Positions 42,301 to 50,113 of a DNA stretch of 64,000 nt are shown here, piece by piece. Both the position numbers and the translations under genes were made by a program. The stretch's first letter is position 1. Each line of letters begins with the position of its first letter. Origin of the DNA: an uncultured Clostridium sp. (GTDB lineage Bacteria; Bacillota_I; Bacilli_A; RF39; UBA660); contig CAMIWC010000001.1 in NCBI GenBank assembly GCA_946402315.1, forward strand, positions 28,508 through 92,507, written 5' to 3'. Under the pieces are notes generated by a model that saw nothing but the letters and a program-made list of their open reading frames with translations, was not told where the DNA came from and did no database searches.

Positions 42301-43084
42301 TAAATAATCTAAATGATCCTTTATTAACTGTGTAATGATAATATGGATATACTCTTATAGCTTTAATAGTTTCTCCTGAAGGGATATTAGCTACTAAATT
42401 AGATGAAGTCATTCTATATGTTGTTATGTTATATGATTTTCCTTCACTAGTTTTTTCTGTTAAAACATTTAAATATTTATAATCAACTATAGAGAATGGT
42501 CCATATGTTTTTTTATCAGTATATACATAAATTGCCATTGTATTATATCCTTGAATTTCAGTATCAGTACCATTCATAATACCTACATCCATAGATATTC
42601 TTAAATCTTTATGAGTATTACTTTTTATTTTTTTATCATTAATATTTAAATAAACAAATATTTTTTCTCCTGGATTTAATGTTTTAGTTGAATTAGGAGG
42701 ATCTACTTTATTTCTATTAGAGATATAAAAATAAGAGTATTTACCTTGTGCCTTTTTATTCTTAACTAAAACATCATCTATATAGATTGTATTAGCTGCT
42801 GCTGCTCTACTAAATCTAACATATGTTTCTCCTTTTTTAATACTCTCTTTCTTTTTATTAAAAACAGATAAGTTATTACAATCACTAGTAGGAGATTCCA
42901 TATAATGAATCTTTTTATCATAATATCCATATACACCTACACGAATTGTTTTATTAGTTTTAACTGCTTCACATATTCCATCAGCATCATAATTAACTAT
43001 ATTAGTAGCATATACTTTAGGAATAGTAACAAATAGTAATATGAAAGTGAACATATATCTTAAAGTTCTCTTCATATTTCTCAC
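39308..43084 (-). CDS. Large (1258 aa) cell-surface protein. It has a signal peptide, a ~750-aa N-terminal region with a Cys...His hydrolase-like signature, four Big_2 domains, an acidic plus Pro/Thr-rich linker and a C-terminal TM anchor
   Basis: Four tandem ~80-aa repeats carry the Big_2 pattern (..TVTLKATVTPDNADDKTVIWSSSDKKIATVDSNGKVKGISNGTVTITAKT.DGGK.A). The PT linker reads PPKPTTPTTPTDPSKPTTPTTPTTPTDP. The C-terminal anchor YITIAVVAFGSTAIIGGVVAFIKFKQ has no LPXTG. A TGaTATAAT extended -10 lies upstream. Confidence 0.8.
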   Translation of the reverse strand: MRNMKRTLRYMFTFILLFVTIPKVYATNIVNYDADGICEAVKTNKTIRVGVYGYYDKKIHYMESPTSDCNNLSVFNKKKESIKKGETYVRFSRAAAANTIYIDDVLVKNKKAQGKYSYFYISNRNKVDPPNSTKTLNPGEKIFVYLNINDKKIKSNTHKDLRISMDVGIMNGTDTEIQGYNTMAIYVYTDKKTYGPFSIVDYKYLNVLTEKTSEGKSYNITTYRMTSSNLVANIPSGETIKAIRVYPYYHYTVNKGSFRLFNISVDGYSKYDNGKKYVTVESASNIIRHNVVNNMLENATVKWNLGGTTKLHFYHHYSSSPNLLNPSKTNLYGIPYVNSVNTTISQFTHHGKVNNVSDAKKNDTSYFTYELSSVYLTDTTTRKGKTIKAGDKIKNNVLYAYETNKDKDDDLTITRGQELNNASLDFVLNNPGYMLGLDCSSSTYLAAGREIPTISSLAYSNKYYSNGFVQIVNNKMKITADKVEKYLREKGILKKDQIMTVDLYKQYYDNYLKDTYDKTEFYENYGLLIPGDFLVSQGHVRMVTGYSHVQCNNKKDGKVLTTNKYKKGFCDDYGGINAKKSYVIITEVGGFPTKKYNSTKERVTANKTGWKYTLNPKLTDLTSVDDLYDTSKKRLSSFHINVIYYFSDLIKTNKLYVGFRYKEISNHLAKKEVEKPVAKFVLDKEYDNKNQELYNYLAKTKTLKGRIFTNYLIDTVRFEINGIKYYIYPYQTTNFSLYNITDTKVLNALKKLNFNKSNNIKISVKFGPNIDSVKTAAGADKDGYIKVIDTTNMTQYKPVYTTGIKIDKTSAKVNVGKTVTLKATVTPDNADDKTVIWSSSDKKIATVDSNGKVKGISNGTVTITAKTNDTGKKATAKITVKTPVTGVKLSKSKTTINKGRYETVKATVLPETASDQSVSWSSSDNTVAKVDENGKITAVKNGTATITVTTTDGGKTASVEVTVVTPTVAVTGVTLNKTAISIDIGQTEKVTATVKPSNATNKGVVFTSDDSSVATVDNDGLITGIGVGTTNVKVTTNDGGKTATVAVEVKPIKVKSISLNISEVSLEMGETYSFIATITPTTATNKKVIWSSASTKVATVDQNGKVTTKGEGMTTITAKTEDGGKTATAKVYVSKKEPIDEGKEDEEDDDEEEETVVEPPKPTTPTTPTDPSKPTTPTTPTTPTDPSKPTDPTPTDPEDPVEAEEPTEEEVEEETTKKKEKKKKKEQSKTAKYITIAVVAFGSTAIIGGVVAFIKFKQ
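39490..39615 (-). repeat. Imperfect tandem DNA repeats encoding the Pro/Thr-rich linker
   Basis: Reiterated ggatc(t/a)gttgg(t/c)gt(t/c)gt-like units on the plus strand. They correspond to PTTPT/DPSKPT repeats of the surface protein. Confidence 0.5.
39684..40700 (-). repeat. Four tandem Big_2 (bacterial Ig-like group 2) domain-coding repeats within the surface protein gene
   Basis: Four ~240-nt coding repeats with conserved protein-level motifs. Boundaries are approximate. Confidence 0.6.
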
Positions 43085-43156
43085 CTCTATTCTTACTATA
43101 AATTATTATATCATTAATTATAAATATTAAAAATAAAAACAAGGGTAATTCCCTTG

Positions 43157-44329
43157 TTATTTATATTGGCTAGTTATACCAAAATAAGCTTCCATAGTTA
43201 TCCAGTCACCATTGTTATATAGTTTAGTAGCTAAATCTACTCCTACATATCTAAAATGCCATGATTCATAGATATATCCAGTTTCATTATCTTTACCTTT
43301 AGGATATCTAAGAATAAATCCATATTTCCAACAGTTTTGTTCTAACCATTTAGCAGATTCAGTATTATCAAAATTAGATCCAACATGATTTAAGTCAGCT
43401 GCGAGTCCTGATTGATGTTCACTATATCCTGGACGAGCAGAATAAGTATCAGCTTTAGCTTTACCATCTTTATTAACCCAGTTATTATAAACACTTTTTT
43501 GAGTAGAATATGATCTAAATCCACTCTTAATAGTTAATGTTTTATACTCATTTCCAAATTTACCAGTTTTACCAACTTCATCGTAAGCAGCCTTCATTTT
43601 ATTATAAGCAGTCATAAATTCTTTAGTAAGTCCAGGTCCATAACTAGATGGAAGAGAATATGTTTTATTAGCAATTAAATATCCATCTATATAAGTAATA
43701 CAATTTTTAGTAACACCACTAAATCCCTTACTAGTAGTAAAATAAGTTGTTTCACAACCATTAGTAGTCTTTGGTTTTTCTGTTACTTTTAAAGTGAACT
43801 TTTCTCTAGCTTCATTACCACTAGAATCTTTAGCAACATACTCTAAATTATAATTACCTATTTTATTAATATCATATGTACCTTCTACTTTAACTTCTAT
43901 CTTTTCCTTTGAATCATCTTCTACTTTTACATCTTTTAGTAAGTCAATTTTAGTACCTTGAGTAGTACTTAATTCTTTTTTAAAAGTAATTACTGGTTTA
44001 GTAATATCTATTACATTTAAAGTAAATTTATATTCTTTTTCTTTTTTATAATAATTCTTTATAACTACTTTAATAGTTTGTTTACCTATTTTAGAAGTAT
44101 CTATCTTTTCTTTTTTAGTAATTATTTCTCCATTTTTTACTTTTTCTATAAAATCAGTATTATATATTTCTTCATTTAAAGGTACATCTTTAGTATCAAT
44201 AGATTGTACTACTAACTTTTTAGAATTAGTAAATAAAATAAATGAAATACCAATAATACATAATACTAATATTATAATAATTGGAATTAGTTTTAGTGAT
44301 TTTTTCTTTTTTCTTCTTTTTTTACTCAT
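43157..44329 (-). CDS. VanY-type D-alanyl-D-alanine carboxypeptidase (peptidase M15B) with an N-terminal TM and two Ig-like domains
   Basis: The M15B zinc-site motifs SGFRSYSTQ...ARPGYSEHQSGLAADL are present. An N-terminal TM anchor. Two repeated beta-domain-like segments end ...KEYKFTLNVID and ...REKFTLKVTEK. Confidence 0.75.
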   Translation of the reverse strand: MSKKRRKKKKSLKLIPIIIILVLCIIGISFILFTNSKKLVVQSIDTKDVPLNEEIYNTDFIEKVKNGEIITKKEKIDTSKIGKQTIKVVIKNYYKKEKEYKFTLNVIDITKPVITFKKELSTTQGTKIDLLKDVKVEDDSKEKIEVKVEGTYDINKIGNYNLEYVAKDSSGNEAREKFTLKVTEKPKTTNGCETTYFTTSKGFSGVTKNCITYIDGYLIANKTYSLPSSYGPGLTKEFMTAYNKMKAAYDEVGKTGKFGNEYKTLTIKSGFRSYSTQKSVYNNWVNKDGKAKADTYSARPGYSEHQSGLAADLNHVGSNFDNTESAKWLEQNCWKYGFILRYPKGKDNETGYIYESWHFRYVGVDLATKLYNNGDWITMEAYFGITSQYK

Positions 44330-44409
44330 ACTATCACCTACATATTTAGTATATCACTAAATATCTTTAAAAAACTAAAAAAGGACTTGAATTAACAAGT
44401 CCTTTACTT

Positions 44410-44850
44410 TTACTCGATTTCGATTGTTTTCTTCTCTGGTAATTGTTTTTTCTCATCAACTTTTGGAACAATAACAGATAATGTACCATTCTTAAATGAT
44501 GCTTTAATATCTTCTTGTTTAACATCTTCTCCTAAGAAGAAACTTCTTGAACATTCTCCAAAGAATCTTTCACGTCTTACGAATTTATCTTTATCTTTAT
44601 CTTTTTCATCTTCTTCTTTTTCTATTTTAGCGTGAATATTTAGATATCCATTATCTACATTTACTTCTATATTTTTCTTGTCATATCCTGGAAGATCAAC
44701 TAATACTTCATAGTTTTTATCATGTTCAACTATATCAGTCTTCATTAATTTAGCAGGAACTGCATTTCTAACTGGTGGGTTAAAAAATGGATCTCCGAAA
44801 AATTCATCAAAAAGGTCAAAATCATTTCTTGGTACTAACATCATATACAT
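44410..44850 (-). CDS. Hsp20 / alpha-crystallin family small heat-shock protein
   Basis: An alpha-crystallin domain: DIVEHDKNYEVLVDLPGYDKKNIEVNVDNGYLNIHAK...FKNGTLSVIVPK. 146 aa. Confidence 0.85.
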   Translation of the reverse strand: MYMMLVPRNDFDLFDEFFGDPFFNPPVRNAVPAKLMKTDIVEHDKNYEVLVDLPGYDKKNIEVNVDNGYLNIHAKIEKEEDEKDKDKDKFVRRERFFGECSRSFFLGEDVKQEDIKASFKNGTLSVIVPKVDEKKQLPEKKTIEIE

Positions 44851-44929
44851 CTACTTCCTTTCATTACATATAATATAATACCTATAAAAAGATCTTTTTC
44901 TTTTTACAATTATATAGTAGCACCATATT

Positions 44930-44956
44930 TTAGCAAAGTCAACAAGAGAGTGCTAA
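44930..44956. promoter_or_regulatory. CIRCE-like inverted repeat (candidate HrcA operator) upstream of the hsp20 gene
   Basis: TTAGCAAAG-N9-GAGTGCTAA compares with the CIRCE consensus TTAGCACTC-N9-GAGTGCTAA. The right half is perfect and the left half matches 6/9. It overlaps a TTGACT -35-like hexamer on the minus strand. Confidence 0.3.
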
Positions 44957-44964
44957 ATTTTTAA

Positions 44965-44992
44965 AAAAATAAAAGACTACTGTAAAGTAGTC
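44965..44992 (-). terminator. Intrinsic terminator after the 44993-45754 gene
   Basis: The hairpin aagactact-gtaa-agtagtctt is followed by a U-run on the minus strand. Confidence 0.5.
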
Positions 44993-45754
44993 TTATTTAA
45001 CAAATAGTTTAATAAAGAAATCTATTATCATTACTGATCCGAATAGAATAGTATAGAATAATTTTTTGTTAATTTTCATATTATTAAATAGTTTTTCTAA
45101 TTTAGGTTGAACTACATATAATAAGAAAGTCCCACCTATCGCAAAGTTTCTACTAGCATCAAAACATACTCTTCTATTTAGATTTAAATAATCTTTACTA
45201 TAATCCCATAGAAGTATTCCATAATGAACATCTAACATATAATGAGCTACAAACTCTACTACTGTTGTAATTATAAATATTAAGATAAATACTACTAGTG
45301 GAGTTAGATTAATCTTTTCTTGAGTTTTCTTAGGTATTAAAGCCTTTAAAACAAATATAAATATTGCACTTATTAATAAATAGATTAATAAATATAATTT
45401 GAAACAGTTAAAGAAAGTAGTTATCTTATATATTCTAGGTACTGTATATTCTATTACTACTATAAATATAAATAAGAAAGCAATTAATAATGCGGGTATA
45501 GATAACTTATTATTTAAAGATATCTTTTTCTTCATAATATTACTTAGAAGTGCAAGTAATAGAAGCATTCCAAATCCATATATAGGTAAATATGGACCGA
45601 ATAAAAATCCTCTATTAGTTAGATTACCATCTAATATATATAACCATATAACTTCATATAACCAACCAATTATACAATAAACAAAGAATGTTAAAAATAT
45701 AGTGCATACTAAATTTAACTTAGTATTCTTTTCCTTTTTACTCTTTTTCTTCAT
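44993..45754 (-). CDS. Polytopic membrane protein, DUF1113 / putative ABC-transporter type IV (CmpB-like) family
   Basis: The likely start is ATG at 45754 (MKKKSKKEK..., RBS gaaggtg). GWLYEVIW...RGFLFGPYLPIYGFG and LWDYSKDYLNLNRRVCFDASRNFAIGG resemble the PF06541 consensus. Six or more TM helices. Confidence 0.45.
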   Translation of the reverse strand: MKKKSKKEKNTKLNLVCTIFLTFFVYCIIGWLYEVIWLYILDGNLTNRGFLFGPYLPIYGFGMLLLLALLSNIMKKKISLNNKLSIPALLIAFLFIFIVVIEYTVPRIYKITTFFNCFKLYLLIYLLISAIFIFVLKALIPKKTQEKINLTPLVVFILIFIITTVVEFVAHYMLDVHYGILLWDYSKDYLNLNRRVCFDASRNFAIGGTFLLYVVQPKLEKLFNNMKINKKLFYTILFGSVMIIDFFIKLFVK

Positions 45755-45828
45755 ATCTTCACCTTCTAGTTTATATATATCATAAATAAATAAAAAAAGC
45801 ACTTATGTGCTTATTTATATTTGTAAAT

Positions 45829-46512
45829 TTACTTATTAATAATACTATTAATTATATAACTAGCAATCAATAATCCAGCGACAGGAGGTACACATGATGT
45901 TGAACCAACTACTCTATCTCCTATATGAACCGGTACTTCTCTAGATGAAAGAACCATAATCTTATCATTAATTTTATTATCTTTAACATATTTACGAATT
46001 ATTTTAGCTAGAGGATCATTTACTGTTTTTCTAATATCAGTAATTTCTAATAATTCTGGATGAAATTTATTACCAGTACCCATGGAAGTTATAAACTTTA
46101 TCTTTCTTCTTAAGCATTCTTCCATAACCATTATTTTAGTAGATGTAGTATCACATGCATCTACTAGAAAATCTATAGGTTCTTTAAATAAGATATCTAT
46201 ATTATCTTTACCTATAAAATCGTTAATCTTTATTACCTTACAATTAGGATTTATATCGTGTATTCTTTCTTCAAATACATCTACTTTATTCTTTCCAATA
46301 GTAGAGTCTAAAGCAATTATTTGTCTATTTATATTAGTTTCATCCACTCTATCTTTATCAACTATAATAACAGTCCCTATACCAGAACGAACTAACGATT
46401 CAACAACATACCCACCTACTCCACCTATTCCTAATACTAGTACAGCGGAATTATTTATTTTATTAATTGAATCTTTATCTACTATCTTTTCTAATCTTTC
46501 AAATCTACTCAT
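45829..46512 (-). CDS. tcdA: tRNA threonylcarbamoyladenosine dehydratase (ThiF/MoeB E1-like), TcdA/CsdL family
   Basis: The Rossmann-type motif VLVLGIGGVGGYVVESLVRSGIGTVIIVDKDRVDETNINRQ. 227 aa. Confidence 0.7.
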   Translation of the reverse strand: MSRFERLEKIVDKDSINKINNSAVLVLGIGGVGGYVVESLVRSGIGTVIIVDKDRVDETNINRQIIALDSTIGKNKVDVFEERIHDINPNCKVIKINDFIGKDNIDILFKEPIDFLVDACDTTSTKIMVMEECLRRKIKFITSMGTGNKFHPELLEITDIRKTVNDPLAKIIRKYVKDNKINDKIMVLSSREVPVHIGDRVVGSTSCVPPVAGLLIASYIINSIINK

Positions 46513-46519
46513 AAATCAC

Positions 46520-48034
46520 CTATAAAAGAGGAGCAAATACTTTTAGTATTCCTCTATATATACCTTTTAACAATCCTGCTTTATGACTTTTTAAAGTTAT
46601 TTCTTTGCTTGCTTTTATCGTATCTAATGCATCTTCTTTAATATCTTTTAATACTTTATCATTATAAATAAAACAAGAACATTCAAAGTGTTGGTCTAGA
46701 CTACGATAATCTAAGTTAATTGTACCAATAGACGCTACTTTATCATCTGATAAAAACATCTTACTATGTAAAAATCCTGGAGTATATTCATATATTTCTA
46801 TTTCATTTTTTAAAAGCACATCATAGTTTGACTTAGTAACACTATATACTATTTTCTTATCAGGAATACCAGGAGTCATTATTTTTACATCTACTCCTCT
46901 TTTTTTAGCATTAACTAATGCCTTAATCATATCATTATCTATTATTAAATATGGAGTCATTATGTATAAGTATTTACTAGATTGATTAATCATATTTAAG
47001 TATACTGCTTCACCTATAGAGTCCTTTTTTAATGGATTAGAACAATAAGGTGCAACATATCCAGTATTTTTATAACTAATATAGTCTGGTTTATAAGATA
47101 TAAAAGATTTACCTAGTTTTCTACATACATTCCACATTTTTAAGAAAGCTACAGTAAAATTCCAAGTTGCTTCTCCTTCTATCTTTAAGCAATTATCTTT
47201 CCAATAACCAAATCTTTCTATAACATTTATGTATTCATCAGCAATATTTATTCCACCAGTATAAGAAACAATTCCATCTATAACCATTATCTTACGATGA
47301 TCTCTATTATTGAAAATCATTTTAAAAAATAAATTAAACTGATTAAAACAAATACACTTAATTCCCATTTCTTCTAAAACTTTATCATAATGTTTAGGAA
47401 GTACTTGTAGAGATCCTACATCATCATAGATAACTCTTACTTCTACTCCTTCAGAAACTTTTTCCTTTAAAATATCTAGTACTTGATCCCACATATTACC
47501 AAATCCAATTATAAAGTACTCTAAGAAGATATATTTCTTAGCTTTCTTTAATTCTTTTAATATATCTGGGAATGCATCTTCTCCACTTTTAAAGTAAGTA
47601 ACTTTACTATTATTATAAATAGGGTACCCTCCTTGTTTAGAAATATATTGGGCTTGAGGATATATGCTTTTATCTTCATTATCTATTTCTTCAAGAATCT
47701 TTTCATCTTGTTTAAGATAATCTTTAGTTATGTTAGCATTCTTATTAATGTTTCTTACTAATCTACTACCAAAAATATTATTACTAAATAGAACAAATAA
47801 TATTGATCCTAAAACCGGGAACAATATAAATAATAGGATATAAAAAATATTATTACTTAACTTTCTACTATCTTTAAAGAACATAAATACAAAGAGTAAA
47901 CTTATTACTCTGAGAATTATTTCAACAGTTAAAGAGTATCTAGCAAAATAAATATAAACAATCATTGTGAATAAAATTTGTATACATAAAGCTATAAAAA
48001 CTGTAAGTGCTCTTTTTTGTCCTTGTTCTCTCAT
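46520..48034 (-). CDS. cls: Cardiolipin synthase (two PLD HKD motifs)
   Basis: Two N-terminal TM helices plus HRKIMVIDG and LHSKMFLSDD...GTINLD HKD motifs. 504 aa. Confidence 0.9.
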   Translation of the reverse strand: MREQGQKRALTVFIALCIQILFTMIVYIYFARYSLTVEIILRVISLLFVFMFFKDSRKLSNNIFYILLFILFPVLGSILFVLFSNNIFGSRLVRNINKNANITKDYLKQDEKILEEIDNEDKSIYPQAQYISKQGGYPIYNNSKVTYFKSGEDAFPDILKELKKAKKYIFLEYFIIGFGNMWDQVLDILKEKVSEGVEVRVIYDDVGSLQVLPKHYDKVLEEMGIKCICFNQFNLFFKMIFNNRDHRKIMVIDGIVSYTGGINIADEYINVIERFGYWKDNCLKIEGEATWNFTVAFLKMWNVCRKLGKSFISYKPDYISYKNTGYVAPYCSNPLKKDSIGEAVYLNMINQSSKYLYIMTPYLIIDNDMIKALVNAKKRGVDVKIMTPGIPDKKIVYSVTKSNYDVLLKNEIEIYEYTPGFLHSKMFLSDDKVASIGTINLDYRSLDQHFECSCFIYNDKVLKDIKEDALDTIKASKEITLKSHKAGLLKGIYRGILKVFAPLL

Positions 48035-48069
48035 ATTATTCTCCTAATCTAGTATAATACTACCATATT

Positions 48070-48876
48070 TTATACTTGTTTTACATTAGAATTACTAAAT
48101 CTTTTACTTAAAAGTGTTCCACTTCTTCTAAAAAATGTTCTAAACTCACTTTTTATCCCACTATTAATTGGAGTTCCTATTTTGGCTTCAACTTGACCAA
48201 AAATTCTTTCAATATTATCATCTGATATTAGTTTTAACTTCTCTTTAACAAAAGAAGAACTTACATCATTAGGATCATCCTTACCATTACCTTTTCTTCT
48301 AAGTAAATTTTTATCATCATATAAGACATCAGTATCAAAAGCTAATTCATTATCAAATATTACAACATCTACTACTCCATCTCTAGTAACAAGTCCATAA
48401 TTAGAACAATTACGATCCGGATTTCCAATCATAAGATCAAATAAATATAATTCGTCCAATTGTGATAATAACCTTTGAACTACATCTTCAGGATAATAAT
48501 AACTTAATACAAGACCTATGTCATCTAAGTTATTGTGTTTACTTAAAGTAATATAATTTTTTGTATCCAAAAAAATAGATAATAAATCTTCCATCGGCAT
48601 AAAACTTTGTCCATCACTATCTAAATCTTTGCTTATTAATCCACATCTTCCATCAAAAGATGCTAAATCATAAAATGCACATTTAAAATTAAATCCTTTA
48701 GCTAGTTCATCTACTACCAATTCTTTAAATGCTCCAACTGTACTGTCTTTATAATAATAAGTATGCCCATCAATTATTACAATTTGATTTTTGATTAAAG
48801 TACATCCTAAAGCATCTAAATCAATAAATCCCAAATTATCTCTTTTATACATAGTTATCGAAACCTTTCTCGACAT
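48070..48876 (-). CDS. Hypothetical protein with a HipA-like / atypical kinase-fold catalytic motif
   Basis: FDLMIGNPDRNCSNYGL resembles the HipA catalytic loop (LIGN.D.H.KN.SL). A DFG-like VVIFDNELAFD follows. The likely start is ATG at 48876 (MSRKVSITMY), which is leaderless or weak-RBS. No partner antitoxin ORF is obvious. Confidence 0.35.
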   Translation of the reverse strand: MSRKVSITMYKRDNLGFIDLDALGCTLIKNQIVIIDGHTYYYKDSTVGAFKELVVDELAKGFNFKCAFYDLASFDGRCGLISKDLDSDGQSFMPMEDLLSIFLDTKNYITLSKHNNLDDIGLVLSYYYPEDVVQRLLSQLDELYLFDLMIGNPDRNCSNYGLVTRDGVVDVVIFDNELAFDTDVLYDDKNLLRRKGNGKDDPNDVSSSFVKEKLKLISDDNIERIFGQVEAKIGTPINSGIKSEFRTFFRRSGTLLSKRFSNSNVKQV

Positions 48877-48902
48877 ATTATATCTATTTTCTAAAAATAT
48901 GC

Positions 48903-48926
48903 AACAAAAAAAGACCCTAAGGTCTT
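48903..48926 (-). terminator. Intrinsic terminator after the M23 peptidase gene
   Basis: The minus-strand hairpin AAAGACC-UUAG-GGUCUUU is followed by U7. Confidence 0.55.
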
Positions 48927-50111
48927 TTATCTCGATGTCCATGTAACTCCAGCTGCAGGCATACTTATAAGTCCTCTAGGTCCTTTATAACCTTGACTAT
49001 ATAATGTAGCAGCATATGCTACGTACTTACTCCATGTAGAACAGTTCTTATCAGATAAGTTATATAGTCTACAAGGGAATATCTCTAAATGTAGATGTGG
49101 TCCAGTAGCTTGTCCAGTCATACCCATATATCCAATCCAAGTATCAGAAGTAACTTTCATACCTTCATAAATAGCTGGATTATATTTACTCATATGACAA
49201 TAGTTAGAAGTATAATACTTACCATTATAAGTATGTTCAATTAATACTACTAAAGCACCATAGGTATCCTTATAAATAGAAGTAATTCTACCATTAGCTA
49301 CTGCATAAATTTTAGTACCATATGGATTATCTCTATTAGATACATCTACAGCTCTATGTAATTTACCATTACGATATTTAAATTCACTAGTAACATATCC
49401 TTTAGTAACAGGACGTCTCCATACACCAGCTGCATTAGTAACAGCACAATCTTTACCTATAACATCATTATCTTTACATCCTAGTTTTTGATAAGTCTTA
49501 ACTTGATTTTCATAAATCTTTATTTGTTTACTTATACTTACACCAGACTCTGATAACGAATCTTTATTTTCTCCTAAAGAAGCAACTAAATCACCTAATT
49601 CATCTTGCTTTTCATCCAGTTCCTTTTCTCTCTTATTTATCTCTGCTTGTCTTTTCTTAGCTGCAGTAATAAGATCATTTAGTTCTGCAATAGAATCCTT
49701 ATTATAATCTGTTATTTGTTCTACAACAGACATTCTATATATTAAATCAGTTACATTATCTGCTTCAAAAGCATAATCTAAATATAAATTTTGTCCTCCA
49801 GAAAGTTGCATATACTCTACTAGTTTCTTTATTTCTAATTCTTTCTTATCTATCTCTTCATTATATTTAATAACATCATCTTTTAGTTTACTTATTTCAC
49901 TAGATAAACTAATCATTTCTTTCTTCATAGAACTAATTTTACTATTAGCAGAATTTATTTCAGATTGAGTTTTATTAATTTGTCTTTGATTCTCTTCATA
50001 AGCAGCTTTATATTTAGCTAGTTTATCTTTGTAATCTTTTAAAGTAATAGCTTTAGTATTAACTGGTATTAGGAATATTAATAATAGTGCAAACGGAAAT
50101 AATCTTTTCAT
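48927..50111 (-). CDS. Coiled-coil M23 family peptidoglycan DD-endopeptidase (EnvC/PcsB-like), the partner of FtsEX
   Basis: Signal peptide, a ~200-aa coiled-coil region, then the M23 domain with the GPHLHLEI zinc-binding motif. It lies immediately downstream of ftsE-ftsX. Confidence 0.85.
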   Translation of the reverse strand: MKRLFPFALLLIFLIPVNTKAITLKDYKDKLAKYKAAYEENQRQINKTQSEINSANSKISSMKKEMISLSSEISKLKDDVIKYNEEIDKKELEIKKLVEYMQLSGGQNLYLDYAFEADNVTDLIYRMSVVEQITDYNKDSIAELNDLITAAKKRQAEINKREKELDEKQDELGDLVASLGENKDSLSESGVSISKQIKIYENQVKTYQKLGCKDNDVIGKDCAVTNAAGVWRRPVTKGYVTSEFKYRNGKLHRAVDVSNRDNPYGTKIYAVANGRITSIYKDTYGALVVLIEHTYNGKYYTSNYCHMSKYNPAIYEGMKVTSDTWIGYMGMTGQATGPHLHLEIFPCRLYNLSDKNCSTWSKYVAYAATLYSQGYKGPRGLISMPAAGVTWTSR

Positions 50112-50113
50112 AA

